DNA of 56,674 nt, counting the filler, from Catajapyx aquilonaris (Eukaryota): NCBI GenBank assembly GCA_000934665.2. It is 3 parts of 3 records of this genome, joined end to end, with 100 filler letters (N's around TTAATTAATTAA, not from the genome) between each part and the next. Parts side by side here need not be neighbours in the genome. Positions count along the whole stretch, not along the records: positions 1 to 18,875 come from KZ539563.1; 2 more parts are not named here. One strand, written 5' to 3'. Of the stretch, positions 1 to 13,081 are shown piece by piece. The position numbers and the translations under genes are program-made. The notes under the pieces were generated by a model. It ran no database searches, was not told the DNA's origin, and was given only the letters and a program-made list of their open reading frames with translations. Positions within the stretch are counted from its first letter, which is position 1; each line of letters opens with the position of its first letter.

Positions 1-1411
1 ATCCCGGGCGTTTCCCAGCTACTTTGGGTCCTACTAACATGATGTGCATAGTGGTTTCCGAATAACACGCCGAAAGTTTTTTTTTGTTGCGCTGTGTTAT
101 CGCTGAGCATCCTGCTTGAGATAAATGCAGGAAAATCACAGCGGACGACTGTAAAGCCTATAAGCAAGTGCAAGTCCCTGTATAGGCTTATCTGCTGTAT
201 TATAACTCCATAGCCTAACAAGAGAGAATCAGCTGGAGTCAACACTAAATCCTTCACTAAAATGGACACTCATTTCCCCCTACTTTTATTACCTACTACT
301 ATTACCCTACTATTATTTGAGCCTTTCTTGCACTCGACCTGAAATCAGCAGTCTGTGACATTCAAAAATGTCAAGAAAGTGCAATAATTTTAAACAGCGA
401 AATGAAAATTATAGCCACCTTATCCCTCTGATTGTGTGTAAGGTTGCCGAGGAGCTCAACAGACACTGAGACAGGGGCAGCCTGCACATGTAAAATATTT
501 GCCCACATAATTATTTCCTCCTTAATATTGGTGGAAAAAGTGACTTGCAAGTAAGGAAACAAATAATGAGTAACCAGGTCAGTGCCATGTAAAAAAGCTC
601 TCAGGAACACTAAAACATCTACGCTGACTCATGCCCGATTCATGTCAAGCTCGATGCATATCACACTTATTCTGAGAATTCCACCTATCCTGGAATTGTA
701 GTATAAGGGCTCTAAAAACTGAAGGGAATGGAATACTCACTTGGAAACATTTCAATATTCACAAAAAGCCGTGTTGTTCTATCAGATAAATAAATCAGCT
801 GTTACCCCAAACATCTCTGTCAAACTCTGTGGAAACATCAGCTGCTATCCACTGAACTGCACCACATCAGACACATCTTCATCCCTCAACATGGAAGGTT
901 TTAAAAGCCACAATGGATATAATTGAAAGTGATTTTTGCTTCTTACCTCTTAAGATGCACATTTGGTCTACTTGTTTCCATATTACTTACATCTGCTGCA
1001 TATGCAGGGTGCTCAAGTGAATAGATATACCACATTACATAACCATGATATGCCACATTATAACCATAAGACTAGTCAATGCATTTTATTACCATTTTAA
1101 GTCAAATACACCTCAGGCGATGAGAAGCATATACTGTAATGGTGCCACATGTGCTGAAACAAAATGACCTCCGTTGAGGTTGTCTGTCCAACACAACCTG
1201 AACATAACAGCACTGCATCAAAACAGTACATCTACCTGGATCACTGCTCGAAAGTCAAAATCCTACCAGATGCTTTCTCAGAGTGCCACTGTTGCCTGCG
1301 GCTTGTAATTGCTACACCTGGTACACCAATAAAGCATTATCTCCCAGTCCAGTACAGGTGTGAATTAACGAAACACCTGCATTTTGGGGAAAAAAATTTA
1401 TCCAGTATAAG

Positions 1412-2140
1412 TACGAGGCGCGTCCTGAAAGTAAGTTCTGTTTTTTAATTAGAAAAACCACAATGCACCCCCAGAATTTTTATTTATACACCTGAAATCG
1501 ACAACTGTCTACTTTTTTTCAAAATAGTTTCCAGCCATACTGGGGCATTTTTCATTAACTTACACAATATTTTGTATGCCTATGTCATAGCTAGGTGTGC
1601 TGCCAGCGCCTTACCCAGCGGGGATATCCCGAACCATATCGGTCGACTCCGATTGGCCTCCTGTGGAGTAACCATGGAGTTGCACAGGAATTGACTGATA
1701 TGGTTCGGATTATCCCCGCTAGGTAAGGCGTCACAATATTGGGTAGCGAGACTAGTGCCGCCTGTGGCAAACCCCCCTCAGTGGGGGAGCAGAGTTAAGC
1801 TTACAGGGGGAGCTATGCACTGGTATAGGAAATGTCAGGGGGCTGGATTACCACCTGTCCATGGACAGGAAGAAATCCCTTGCAAAGCAGAAGGTTGATG
1901 ATGACTATGAGTTGCAATCCAGCGTTCAGGGATCGCGGTAATGGCTGGCGGCAGACCTCTATGACATCGGCACACAAAGTATTGCGTAAGTCAATGAAAA
2001 ATGCCCCAATTTGGCTGGAAATTTTGAAAAAATGTAGATAACTTGGTTGTCAATTTAAGATGTGTAAATAAAAATTCTGGGGGTGCATTGTGATTTAAAA
2101 AAAAAACAAAAACGGAACTTACTTTCTGGACGAGCCAGTA
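1412..2140. mobile_element. mariner-type non-autonomous element with a nested palindromic MITE (~1608-1730)
   Basis: About 90-bp imperfect TIRs starting TA-CGAGG with TA flanks; internal CCCAGCGGGG...CCCCGCTAGG inverted repeat. Confidence 0.75.
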
Positions 2141-3056
2141 TAAGGTGGAAAGCGGCATTTCATATTGCCTGCCTATGTACAGAACATGTAGAAAACTAGA
2201 AATTGATGATGGCCAGAGGGCAATGATGACAGATGCGGTTACCTCATGACAGGCCTACGACCTGCAGGTGGTTGTATCAGATCAGATTAGAAGGAATCAC
2301 TTTTTATAAACTTGGGCCAACTCAACACTTTGTACCTCAGAAGTGGCTTGGCTGTGGTTTAAACCACATCATCATATCACCCATTCTTAAATGCAGTATA
2401 TCTCTACTGCCTTTGCCTGTATTAGGAATGAATTATGTACTTTTCAATCCAAAGGATCATCACTTCCAACTTTTGATTCATACACAATACACCATACCCT
2501 CAATACAATATCCTCAAAAAATTCCCATGATTGTAAGATAATATTTTATTTCCTCATATTGTTACAAAAGCTTTCTTGTCAATAACTTAAGAATAAGTAA
2601 TTGCATCATTTGTACTACTTCATCCAAATAACGATTTGGTGTACAATTACTTTAAAACTACTAACAATTCACAACTTTTAAAAATAAAAAATCTAGTGGT
2701 GTGTCAAGAAAGAAAAAAGGGAAACCCCTCCCATCCATGTTATGACCAGGAGAGGGAGTACTTTTATTTCAATGGCACCCCAAGGCAACTGGCTCAGTTC
2801 AGAGGAAAGGCACATGTGCATAATACTATTGGCACTGTCATGACGAAGGAGGGAGGAGCTAATGAGGTTCACACCCTCTTTGGTGTTTTTTTTCTGAAAC
2901 CAACTATACACGAAAACTGCCCAGCAAACAGCCAGGAAAAAGAAAGCAGTGCCAACCATTTAAAAAATCCCATTCCCAAATGCCTCACAATCAATTCATT
3001 TGAATCATCAACATAATTGGCTGGTACCATTTCCTCATGGCTACCTACACATTACC

Positions 3057-3259
3057 TACACTGTAAACCGCAAAACATTAAAAGAGCATCACTGGTGAGT
3101 CTCTTATGGAACATCAATTTATAATGCTCAGCTAATGCTCTTGTGATGCTTTTTAGCAATGAAAAAGCATTGTTGGAGCATTAAAAAAGCATTAAAAATT
3201 GATATTCCATGAGCGACTCACCAGTGATGCTCTTTTAATGTTTTGCGGTTTACAGTGTA
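3057..3259. mobile_element. TA-flanked MITE
   Basis: Perfect ~40-bp TIRs CACTGTAAACCGCAAAAC.../...GTTTTGCGGTTTACAGTG, TA on both sides. Confidence 0.9.
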
Positions 3260-3284
3260 GCAGATGGGGTCTTGGAATAATACA

Positions 3285-3332
3285 TTACATACTGATCACT
3301 GCCCGATTTATCTTGAAAATGGAAACCAGTTG
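3285..3332 (-). CDS. NSMCE4A: NSE4-like terminal exon (QLVSIFKINRAVISM*)
   Basis: Polypyrimidine + CAG acceptor, in phase with the previous exon; peptide fits the Nse4 end (IV..F.I..PVI type). Confidence 0.7.
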   Translation of the reverse strand, partial: QLVSIFKINRAVISM

Positions 3333-3689
3333 CTGAAAGAACAAGACATTGATTAATATTGCATGAAGAAGGTACGTGGGTTGTGTCGTAAGTCATTTGC
3401 ACGTATTTTTCCATTCAAAAACCGGTTAACACATACAGATATGACCTTTGCTGAGTTTTGAAGCTCTGGCGATTACCATTTGATCTGATATATAGATGTC
3501 GCCCACATCTGGGGGGTGGGGGGGNNNNNNNNNNNNNNNNNNNNNNNNNNNNNNNNNNNNNNNNNNNNNNNNNNNNNNNNNNNNNNNNNNNNNNNNNNNN
3601 NNNNNNNNNNNNNNNNNNNNNNNNNNNNNNNNNNNNNNNNNNNNNNNNNNNNTGTGTCATCCATATCTACAATCTGTTTTAAAAAACAT

Positions 3690-3960
3690 TGCCCTCAATG
3701 CGTCTGAGTCCCACGCGAAGGCAAAATGGTGGCACTGTTTCACCTCAAAGAGATGGTGAGGAACCACCAGTGAGGATGCCAACTTCCCTTTTCAGAGTCC
3801 TAAGTACAGTGCTCTGACTTGTCCCACACTCAAAAGCAAGCTCCAGTGTTGCCCATCTCTGGGTGTCCCGCATGCAGCGTCCAACAGCTCCAAGCACGTC
3901 AGGCTGGAGCCGTCTTAAGGCGATGGTGCAGTGAGGGGGTAACGATCCCTCTTTGTTTCC
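3690..3960 (-). pseudogene. Degenerate mariner transposase fragment
   Basis: HTH-like LAFECGTSQSTVLRTLKR followed, after a frameshift, by VPHHL (mariner WVPHEL motif). Confidence 0.5.
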
Positions 3961-4178
3961 CTGCCTCCCTTGCGATATGGGCGACTTCTATATGCCAGCT
4001 CAAATTGTAAGACCTGTGGCTTAAAAACTCAGCAAAGTTAATCTCTGAATGTGTTACCGTTTTTGAATAAAAAATATGTACAATGACTCATAAAACAACC
4101 CACGTACATAAGAAATCAGCAGTGATTAATGGTTCCAATGTCACCACATACTCAGTCTAGACTCTAGACACTACTCAC

Positions 4179-4535
4179 TTGGTGCCGCTTCATTGTGAGT
4201 GGCTTCACAATCTGCATCCTTCCTTTTGGAGCTGAATTTCCACCTTGTTCTGCCATCTTGGACTTTTTCACAATGCCAATATTGAGTTCACCTTCCTTCT
4301 CATAGTTAAGCCAGACCTTATCATCCCGCACAAGAAAACTGACGTGGTACATGTTTTCAATGGTCCGGGAGAAGGATTTGGGGTCCAGTACAAATGCAAA
4401 GTAGGGCATGAATTTCACATTCCTTTTGGACAGGGCTTCCTTCAAAATTTTGAAGATAGCTTGTGCCTTCTCCTCTGCAGATTTCTCTGGGTTTGAAACC
4501 TGCTCTCCTAATTTGAGTTGCCTCACTGGTTTTGC
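4179..4535 (-). CDS. NSMCE4A: NSE4/NSMCE4A/EID3-like kleisin, penultimate exon (Nse4 C-terminal domain)
   Basis: YFAFVLDPKSFSRTIENMYHVSFLVRD matches the Nse4_C P.SF..T.EN.F..SFL.RD motif; CAG acceptor, GTGAGT donor; 357 nt, phase 0. Confidence 0.85.
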
Positions 4536-5141
4536 CTGTTGGTCAGAAAGGTATAAATATATTAGGGGTTGCACATAAATTCTTGTGGCTCTTGTACTGG
4601 GCATTCCAAATGTCAGCCCAGATCAGTATTCATTTTTAGAAACCTTCTATACCACATGCATATTAGCCTGCTTTGCCTCAAGAGGATCAATATTTTGCAA
4701 ATACACCAAAGATAAATAAAAAAGGAAGTCTGGGCCTCTCAGAAGGAAAATCAGTTAGCCCCCCCCCCCCCCCNNNNNNNNNNNNNNNNNNNNNNNNNNN
4801 NNNNNNNNNNNNNNNNNNTTTTTTTGGGGGGGGGGGGGGGTTGAAGGTCACACGAGCTTAGGTGAAAGTGGGAGATTTGAATAGGTGTGTATTTGATAAA
4901 ATTGGTAGCACTTTTTCCAAAAAAATAATGAATTAGTAATTTCTAATGCTTTTTCAAACTGTCCTGTATATCGTCGCGGTCCGGACAAAATTACGTCGCG
5001 GTCCGGATCCGCCAGTTGAATAGCCCTGCACTCTCATTTAAGTAACCCATCCATGCTAAATAATATGAAATGTCACAGCCAAGACATTCCAACACAAATG
5101 GTAATATTACCCTGAGTAACAACGGCTCTCTGAATCTAAAC

Positions 5142-5397
5142 CAGGTGTTCCCAACCCTTTTGCACCCGCGACCCCCAAATCACCTAAAATTTCTCCACGG
5201 CCCCCCTTACAAAAGTAACATACATAAATCTTTAATGAAGCAGCCAAACATCTTTAATGAAGCAGCCAAACAATACAAGAAATTTCCCCACAATATTAAT
5301 ACAAAACACCAAATATGGTACAATGCCTCTCACGGCCCCCCTGGACCTGCTCCACGGCCCCCTTGGGGGGCCACGACTCCCAGGTTGGGAACCCCTG
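5142..5397. mobile_element. hAT-type MITE
   Basis: CAGGTGTTCCCAAC/GTTGGGAACCCCTG TIRs; 8-bp TSD ATCTAAAC. Confidence 0.92.
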
Positions 5398-5694
5398 ATC
5401 TAAACAGATGCAAAAAAATATTTCACTTGGCAAATATGCTTCTGACAAACGTGTTATCTGTATTGGTCTTGAACCAATTTAGCTCAAATAAGGGTCTAAA
5501 TCACATTAGGTGCAGTCCATAGTTTCACACTTCAGCCATTTCCTAACCATGAGCAAACTCAAAAGAGAACGTCTTAGTGGCAGAAATGGGCTTTGGGAGG
5601 AGTATTATTACCAACACAGGCTTGGGGGAGGGGGTGGTTCCCAAGGGAGGGCACTGTTCTAGTTTCAAGTACTTTCAGACTGTACTTATAACCT

Positions 5695-5862
5695 GACCTT
5701 TTCTCCTAGTCCTAGGCAGAGAAGGAAGTGCAAGTCAGCCGGGACACATCAGGTGAAAAGCAGAAAAAGCCACAGCAACCAAGTAACTGTGACAGGGATG
5801 GGATTTGATCCCTGGACCTCCCGCTTGGCGAGCCAGTAGCATAGTCACTAAACCATCGTGCC
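5695..5862 (-). mobile_element. tRNA-derived SINE, family A
   Basis: A-box/B-box-like head; homologous to 19911-20062. Confidence 0.65.
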
Positions 5863-5937
5863 CCCCTCCATAAGTAAAAATGTAGGCTGATGTCCTTGAA
5901 CGGCAAAAACTAAATCTAGAGTAGGATCGAATTATTA

Positions 5938-6118
5938 AGGCCCATTCACACAGGCCGTCGACGGTTTTGGTTTTAGTTCTTGTTGACGCCGTGGACCAAT
6001 CAGAGCGGGCCCTCACGGTAACCATGACGCGTTGTTTACGTGAGGGCCCGCTCTGATTGGTCCGCGGCGTCGACGAGAACTAAAACCAAAACCGTCGACG
6101 GCCTGTGTGAATGGGCCT
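5938..6118. mobile_element. PIF/Harbinger-type palindromic MITE
   Basis: Near-perfect ~80-bp arms AGGCCCATTCACAC.../...GTGTGAATGGGCCT; TTA TSD. Confidence 0.9.
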
Positions 6119-8155
6119 TTAAAGACCTGCACTTTAACCCTAATAAGAAGGGTGGTTTTTCACGTTTTTACAAGGATCTGCAAAGAATTCGCTTGCTTTG
6201 TCATTTGGGGGACAAGAAATACACTAGTGAATAAGAACGTCTAGTGTCCAGGCTTGATCCTGAGGCCATCTATGTGACCCTCCTCTCATACCATATGGAG
6301 ATGTAAATTCTTAAATGAGTAACAAGGTGGCACAGGGGGAATGTTTCAATCAAATTTTTTGTCACTCTGCCTGCTTGACAAAAAGTATATGGGTATGTAG
6401 GCTTGACATGGCTGAACAAAGCAGTACATAAGCACATGGCATGAATTACGTCACAGGCCTGCCAGGCGAGCTGCAGTGATAAACACACACCCCCTTCCTT
6501 GTGCCACAGTGCCGCTAATTGGTATTTACGAACATTATTTATTTATTTTAAAATGATTGAATTATCTTTTGCACAAATTTTAGGGTGGAATCTCTTGAGG
6601 AGGTTTGGGGGCAACTATGTATGCCAAAAATTTGCCGGCCAAATTATACCCGAGTCCACTACATCCAAAGTGGTGTGTGAGTGTTATAGTCAGGACCCTG
6701 CCAGGAGGCCCATGGCGGGGGCCCATGGCGGGGGCACGCAGGGGGGCATGCAGTGAAATTCTTAGGAGGAATGTGTCCAGACTTTAGGGTCACCGTGCAT
6801 GTGTCCAGACTTCAATACTGATAATAAGCAATCAATTCACTCCCCCCAATACTGATCCGATTTTAAAGACGTATTCACGTCAAAAGCTGCGGCTTGTGTT
6901 CCTGACACAACCTAATGTTTTTTTCAGCGGCCACAAAAAGATGATTTCATTCAAGTTAATCTGGTTAATCCGGTTTATTTATGCAAGATTTTGCAGTCCA
7001 AAATTCGCGATATTTTTACGTGCGAGAAAATTTAAAAAGGCACACAGAAACCACGTTACATAGTGGGAAAACGCTATAGTTTCACCAGCAGAATTTTTTA
7101 AAGCCACCGTAGCAGCATATGATATGCCTGTCTTATTAGGGTTAAGACTAATTTTTGTTTTTACTCCATTCCCCCTCATAGGCTAATTTGCAGATATCCA
7201 TCATCACCCCAAGGGAAAGTGCTAGACTGTTTTTCTACTGCCTGGTTTTTCTCTGCCCTGTACAGTGCTGGGCATATATTCCATTGTACTGCTAGCAACA
7301 TTTCCAATGGGGCAGAAGTACACATTGAATTGATGGAGTGCGAACCGTGCGAGTAAGAAATGGTAGGCCTTAGGGAGGCGGAGTGGTGCTGCGGTAACGC
7401 ACGCGCCCACGGATGTTAAGGTCCGGGGTTCCCCCCTTCATCTTGTGCAGAGTTGGGCCATCTCTGGCTTTGTCTCGCGTGGAAATTTCTGCTAGACTAA
7501 TCCACCATAGGGAGTTCACAAAATGACCAATATGCAACATTGCACTTGCACTTTGCACATCCCCTCCTACCTACCCTAATCGTGGACCAACTAAATAATT
7601 GTAAATTATACACATGGTTCCAAATTATGGTGGTATTCCCATCCCCCTAAAAGGGCCTTTTGGCCCTAGCACAGGGTATTTAAAAAGAAAAAGAAGAAAA
7701 AAAGGTAGGCCTTGGCAGACGTTACTGGCTGGGAAGCCTTTTTCTCCATTGCCTCCAGCTAGTGACGTCACCCAAGGCAACATATTGTGCAAGTGGAAAC
7801 TGGCTAGAAGTGGTTAGAGCAAGTGATACTTGCTTGCACTTTGTGGCTTTTGCCAAAGTTTTGTGATTTCCTGTCAGTTTATTGTTGTTATTCGGTTTTT
7901 GCTCTTGTTCACGACCTTATATTTATACATTAGGCCTATAAAATTATTCTGGCTTTTTAATTTTCTGTACCATTATCTTTCATATAGTAAAATTTTTGTG
8001 CCTATTTCAGGGTTTTTTCGTGATTAAAAATCTGGACTCTAGTAATAGGCCACTGAATGAGGACTTGGAAATTTCAAGAATGTATCAAGACTTGCTTCCA
8101 AAAACCTCCAGTCATCCATAATTACGAAAATAGAAATTAAACTCAAGTAACTGAC

Positions 8156-8392
8156 CTGAACCACATTTGCAAAGGGCTCAATGTTAAATCCCATGACTGT
8201 TCTTGGAGGAGCTCGGATTTTGTGGAGATTATGTAACTTCACTCCCATGGCCCACATGGAAGCCCCCTGAGGCATCACTCTGGCATTAGGATGGAGAAGA
8301 AACCGAAGTTGATCTTTCAAGTACCAGAAGTAGAGGTGATGCCATGGTAGCAAGGACAATCCAAAATGTGGTTCTGCCACAACCAACTCAAC
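8156..8392 (-). CDS. PRMT7: PRMT7 exon 7 (last one found; no stop codon)
   Basis: EPHF..SLLPWHHLYFWY...LHKIRAP...GF; follows a 58-nt intron; ends phase 0 at GTCAGT. Confidence 0.92.
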
Positions 8393-8450
8393 CTGAAAGT
8401 CACACAATGCCATGTGAATGGTATCTGATGCAGAAGAATGCCATCCATAC

Positions 8451-8802
8451 CTTCTGACCATACGACCTGACAAGAGATTCTGGGGTCAGAGGGGCCCTCA
8501 ACACTTTGATGCTGCTTCCATTGTGCCCGTTGGTCAGATGGTCTGCCCACTTCTTGGTTATACATGCCCATTCTTCCCTGGTCTCCCATGCTAAAACACT
8601 GGGAGATCCCATGCAGGCTGCTAGGAGGGGCAGGGTAGACCCATCGCTTAGAGTGAGGATACACCTAGGCTCAGTGATGGCTGGTATTAAAGCTGATATA
8701 AATTTTTCATTCCGGAGCGCATTGTTCAGCTGCCCAAATCGTGTGCGAGGCATCCTAGTGTGCAGCTGGCAGTGGCAAGATGGTCGTTCTGCACTGGGAA
8801 CC
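8451..8802 (-). CDS. PRMT7: PRMT7 exon 6 (start of second module)
   Basis: RPSCHC.LH...RTRFGQLN...LSDGSTLPL; follows a 54-nt intron with frame preserved. Confidence 0.92.
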
Positions 8803-8856
8803 CTAAATTGGAAAAATGTCTAGCATCTAAGAAGGCAGTGACAATCAGAAACTTAC

Positions 8857-9180
8857 ATTCCTGGTGGTGAGACAAGATCAAACCACCAAGAGAGCCAGTC
8901 ACGAGATGCCCACAGCTCAGCCTTTTCAGTAGCCTTCATCTGCAGCTCATGAGGCAAGAAATAAACAGCCTGAAGCCAGTGGTCCCGCCACTGAATCTCC
9001 TTCCCTTCTTCCTCCTCTTGTGCCCATTCAGGAGCACAACTGAGAACTATGTTGCCTTCAGTGTCCATATCCAGACACCACCACATGAAAACTGCATGCG
9101 CTTTACCAGTGTTGAGACACTCAAAGAGTGCAGACCTTCTTTCTAGTTCTGGAAGTTCCTCTTTGCTGCCCCAGTCAAAG
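8857..9180 (-). CDS. PRMT7: PRMT7 exon 5 (THW-loop equivalent)
   Basis: AVFMWW..MD...LSCAP.W...QWRDHWLQAVY; phase 2 at both ends; GTAAGT donor. Confidence 0.95.
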
Positions 9181-9268
9181 CTATTTAAAATAGTGTAATA
9201 AAAAATAAAATAAAACTGTGACTTCCTTATACAGGCAAGACAAATAGACAACACAGAATAATTCTCAC

Positions 9269-9507
9269 CTATAGATTGGCATCACAGGTGAGATGGCCAC
9301 AAACTGTTCTGGCTTCAGTTGACTCAACTGAACATTATGCGCTATTGATGTGTCCCCAGAGCAAGCAAGCATGTCATGGGGTGGAGAGATATCATCAAAA
9401 CCTTCAGGAAGTCTGATAGGAAACTGACGTTGCTGTTTATGGAACAAGTCACATTCCACTACTTGGGCATAGACGGTGGCTCGGGCAGGAACCACTATGG
9501 CATCATC
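9269..9507 (-). CDS. PRMT7: PRMT7 exon 4
   Basis: VVPARATVYAQVVEC...VQLSQL; 239 nt, ends phase 2 at GTGAGA. Confidence 0.93.
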
Positions 9508-10777
9508 CTTTAAAAACAAGCAAATAGTGCTGATTAAAATTTTGAAATTGAGATGCTCCTTAACTAGAGCCTTGAAGTTTGTAGCAGAGAGAAATGAATG
9601 AACCGTGTTGGAGTCAATTATCTAAGTGCTGCTGGTGACACTGAAATTGTATAAAGGTAATTTTCTTTTAAAAATACAATTTCCTTGTTACTGGGAGTCA
9701 TGTTCCAAATATCATGATTATAGCAGAACAATATGGGGTGTTTCGACACACCAACCCAGTATTCGACTCATAATACATAAGTAAGTAGAGAGGTCCTACA
9801 ACTGAGGTAAAAATGTTCTACACAACCTGGCACAATGTCATAATAGTAGAGGCAGTTTTGGAGGGCTAACATGACATTGTGCCCAGTTGTGATCCCACGA
9901 TACTGTTTCCTACACTTTTTAAAACATTTCAGCTTACAATAATTTTTATATAAACATTTTAATGGTAAATTTGGTAATATAATTTTTGTACAAGTTGCCT
10001 GATGAAGTTAATTCATCAACAAAATTAGCAGTCTAACCATCCAAACTTCACATAACATGGCAATGAAATTGATATATGACACCATGGTATTGAGAAAGAC
10101 CTTTGCAAATAAAAATTATTAGCAGTTTTGATGTGAAAGTGGCCCATTTTAGACCTTGTAATTACTCATGTTTGGATAGCTTGCTTTGATTTGGCCAGAA
10201 AGAGCTGACATTGGCATCTGGCATGTATGCATTTTGAACTCTTTATGTAAAATCCCAGTCGATCGAATGCTCTCATTTACTTATTGGCAAAAGATATGAC
10301 CCACTGTGTCTGACTCATAGTGAAGGATAAAGTCACATACATTCATCTGATTTTCAAAACAAGTCTGTTCTCCTTCCCCTCATTAATTCATTCCTAACAT
10401 AGGAATACGTGAAAAGGAGCACTTTCCACCCTTATCCTCCACTCCCCACCAGGTGATACTTCCCACAGGGATGTCATTTGCCTAAGTCAACTGGCCACCC
10501 AACCTTGATCCAGGATGCAGTATTTTTTTCAAAACCACCTGGCTCTTCTCAAACCCATGTCGTTCCACCAATTGGCCCAAAGGGCAAGCTACTCCCAACA
10601 TCGGAGCCAGCACCTTTAGCATTGCTAACTTGGATCGAAGCAAATGCAAAGTACTCACTATTTATCTTCATCTTGGTAACTATTCAGTTGCATATTTCCT
10701 AATGACAATTACTACAAGCACTATTACTATCCATAACACCAAGCAGAGTGCTGTCAAATATCACAAATAAAATTTAA

Positions 10778-11812
10778 CTAGAAAAACCCTCACTATGCTC
10801 GAATTTCTCTATGGCGCAGGCGTAGAAAACCGATTGCTGCGCTCACGGTTTTTCTAAGCCTGCGGTGTGCACCGCATTGTAAATCGCTTCCAACTTATAG
10901 CCAGTGATGATGCCCATCTCCCAATCATATGTGTACTCCCCACCCCCACCCGTTCCTTCGTCCGTGATTCCGTACTGATATCCGGGATTCCGTACTAGCC
11001 TGAGAACAGTCTGAAATCACATCTTTGCATTGGCTGGGAAATATGCATTTACAAACCTCAACATGTCCATACCTTAGGAATTTTACAAAACCCCAATATA
11101 TTATTGTATGAACAGAAATTCACAACCTCTACCGCCTCTACTCACATGCACTCACACACATGTATCTACATTTTATGCACACTTTCCGACCAGGTTTTTC
11201 TAACTACTCATAACTCCCCTTCATTATAAACATTCATGGAACTCGGCAATGTTTGTATTAGATCATCAAAAACTGGTTTCATTCTTCCAGACACTTTCTT
11301 TTGACATTGTCGGCCTATCCCCGGGTTCAGTGTTGAATATTGTGGCCAATCCTGCTTACCAACTCTTCCCACGGGGGTTCCAGTAAGGACCTTGTTTTAA
11401 AAACTGAAATTATTTTACTTTGTTTATTAAACGTCCATGGAGTTGGCACCACTGATAAACAACATCCCGACAGTAGCCTATGTTCGGTTTGTTTAAGGCA
11501 TTCCATCCCCCCCCCCCTCCTCTCCCCCTCCCGTGTTGTGAGGTCACCATGATGATGCGGATAGAGGAGAGAGGAAGGGTCGAGGGGTCTTCACAGGAGA
11601 GGAGATGTGTCCTCGTTGATGTCCAGAAAGCGACTGTGGCATTCTTCCACCCATTGCGCGTGCTCGGAATGGGGGCCAATCGGAAGCGTCATGGTAACAA
11701 TACGTCCAGGTAACAATAAACGGGGGCCAATAGGAAGCGTGCAGTAACAACAATATGTGGCCGGGCCAATCAGAGGGCCCGGTCTTGCAACAAAGCATTT
11801 TAATATTATAGA
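10778..11812 (-). mobile_element. Non-autonomous Helitron
   Basis: Minus strand reads A^TCTATAATATT...GGGTTTTTCTAG^T: 5'-TC, 3'-CTAG, AT target, degenerate subterminal hairpin. Confidence 0.6.
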
Positions 11813-11989
11813 TGATCATTATATTTCATTAATAATGCAGCCCTTGCACTAAAATTTCAAAACAATTCACGCAGGCAGCTGATATCTATGACAAGTCCTC
11901 TCAAGTGTCAGGAAGAGCATGATCTGAAGTCAGGATGAAGGTCAATCGGGCATGAAGACATGAAAACTATACAACAGTTTCCCACACTT

Positions 11990-12200
11990 TATCAGTGGGG
12001 CTTAACGTCGGCCTATTTCTGCGGCTAAGGCTCCACACGGACACCAGGGGGTGAGCCTTCTCCTGGAAATTTGGCCACTCTGGGGATCTTTAACGTGCAC
12101 TCGCGCAATGTCACAAGCACACGGGACCGACGGCTTTATTTCCCCTCCGAAGGAAGGCGCACTCTCACTTTTCTACCACCCAGATAAAAGTCACCGACCC
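11990..12200 (-). mobile_element. SINE with Meta/Ruka-like central domain
   Basis: CCTTCGGAGGGGAAATAAAGCCGTCGGTCCCG...GCACGTTAAAGATCCCC motif. Confidence 0.6.
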
Positions 12201-12228
12201 CACCAGCCCCACGCAACTCCTACAATAT

Positions 12229-12485
12229 GGTAGGGTACTTACAGAGTCTCCACCAGCCTGGAATTTGGCGCTGGCGTCGCTCACTGTCCTCCAGTGGGCA
12301 CCAGTGGGTTGCCAGACTCACTCATGTGGCTGTTAATGAATCTGCAGAATAGGGCTGAGTGTGTTGTACTGACGACTATTGACGGTTTGGGTTGGTTCAG
12401 AAGGCGTCTGCCTGAGTGAGTCTGGCAACCCGCTGGCCCCGGTGAGCGATGCCAGCATCAGCTAAGACTCTGTAAGTACTCTACC
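12229..12485. mobile_element. MITE
   Basis: GGTAGGGTACTTACAGAGTCT/AGACTCTGTAAGTACTCTACC TIRs plus an internal GGGTTGCCAGACTCACTCA inverted repeat. Confidence 0.75.
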
Positions 12486-12613
12486 GTCACCATAAGGTAA
12501 GGGTGGGAGTTGCAGGGGCCTGGTGGGGTCATTAGTTTCCTTTGGATGAGGAGTCAGAAAGTTGAGATTAACTTAGATCAATCAGGAGATAGCTATCTGA
12601 TCTTGTGCTAAAT

Positions 12614-12852
12614 TGGTGGTTCCCAACCTGTGGGTCACTATGCCTTTTCCGGGGGGTCGCGCAGTGGCTGCAGTTATTTTTACTTGAAATAAATTTTATA
12701 GGACATTTCACCACGAAGGTTTAAAAAAAACATTTACATGTTTTTAAATATGTCTACACTATACCAATACTTTTTTTTTGGGGGGGGGGGGGGGGNNNNN
12801 NGTTGTCATCACAGGTTACTTGACTATCATAAAACGGGGTTGGGAACCACTG
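12614..12852. mobile_element. hAT-type MITE
   Basis: GTGGTTCCCAACC/GGTTGGGAACCACTG TIRs; TSD TGCTAAAT. Confidence 0.85.
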
Positions 12853-13081
12853 TGCTAAATGAATTTGACTCTTTTTGGATGGATAGAGAAGGCCCTGCAG
12901 GAATGACAGTTCAAGACTAAAGAAGGAAGTGAAATCCACCATGCACCCATGGCTCCATCATCACAACACGAAGTTTTACATGTGAGGCACTTTCAAACTT
13001 GTGTTGTGGTGTAACAAGTGAATTATTTAATCACAGAAGTTCACATGTACAGATGCAGTGTTAGGCCAAGTTTTCAAATTA

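Noticed and set aside
371..1000. Possible minus-strand exons (AAPVSVSVELLGNLTHNQRDK; short exon near 946-990)
   Set aside because: Splice-like signals only; no recognisable protein, and not the PRMT7 C-terminus.
3525..3652. ORFs spanning N runs
   Set aside because: Artefacts of gaps next to G/C homopolymers.
3915..4013. Alternative NSE4 last exon (VLQFELAYRSRP...)
   Set aside because: Overlaps the mariner remnant; 3285-3332 fits Nse4 better.
9995..10035. Second hammerhead (CTGATGAAG...)
   Set aside because: GAAA box absent and stems poor; at best a decayed relic.
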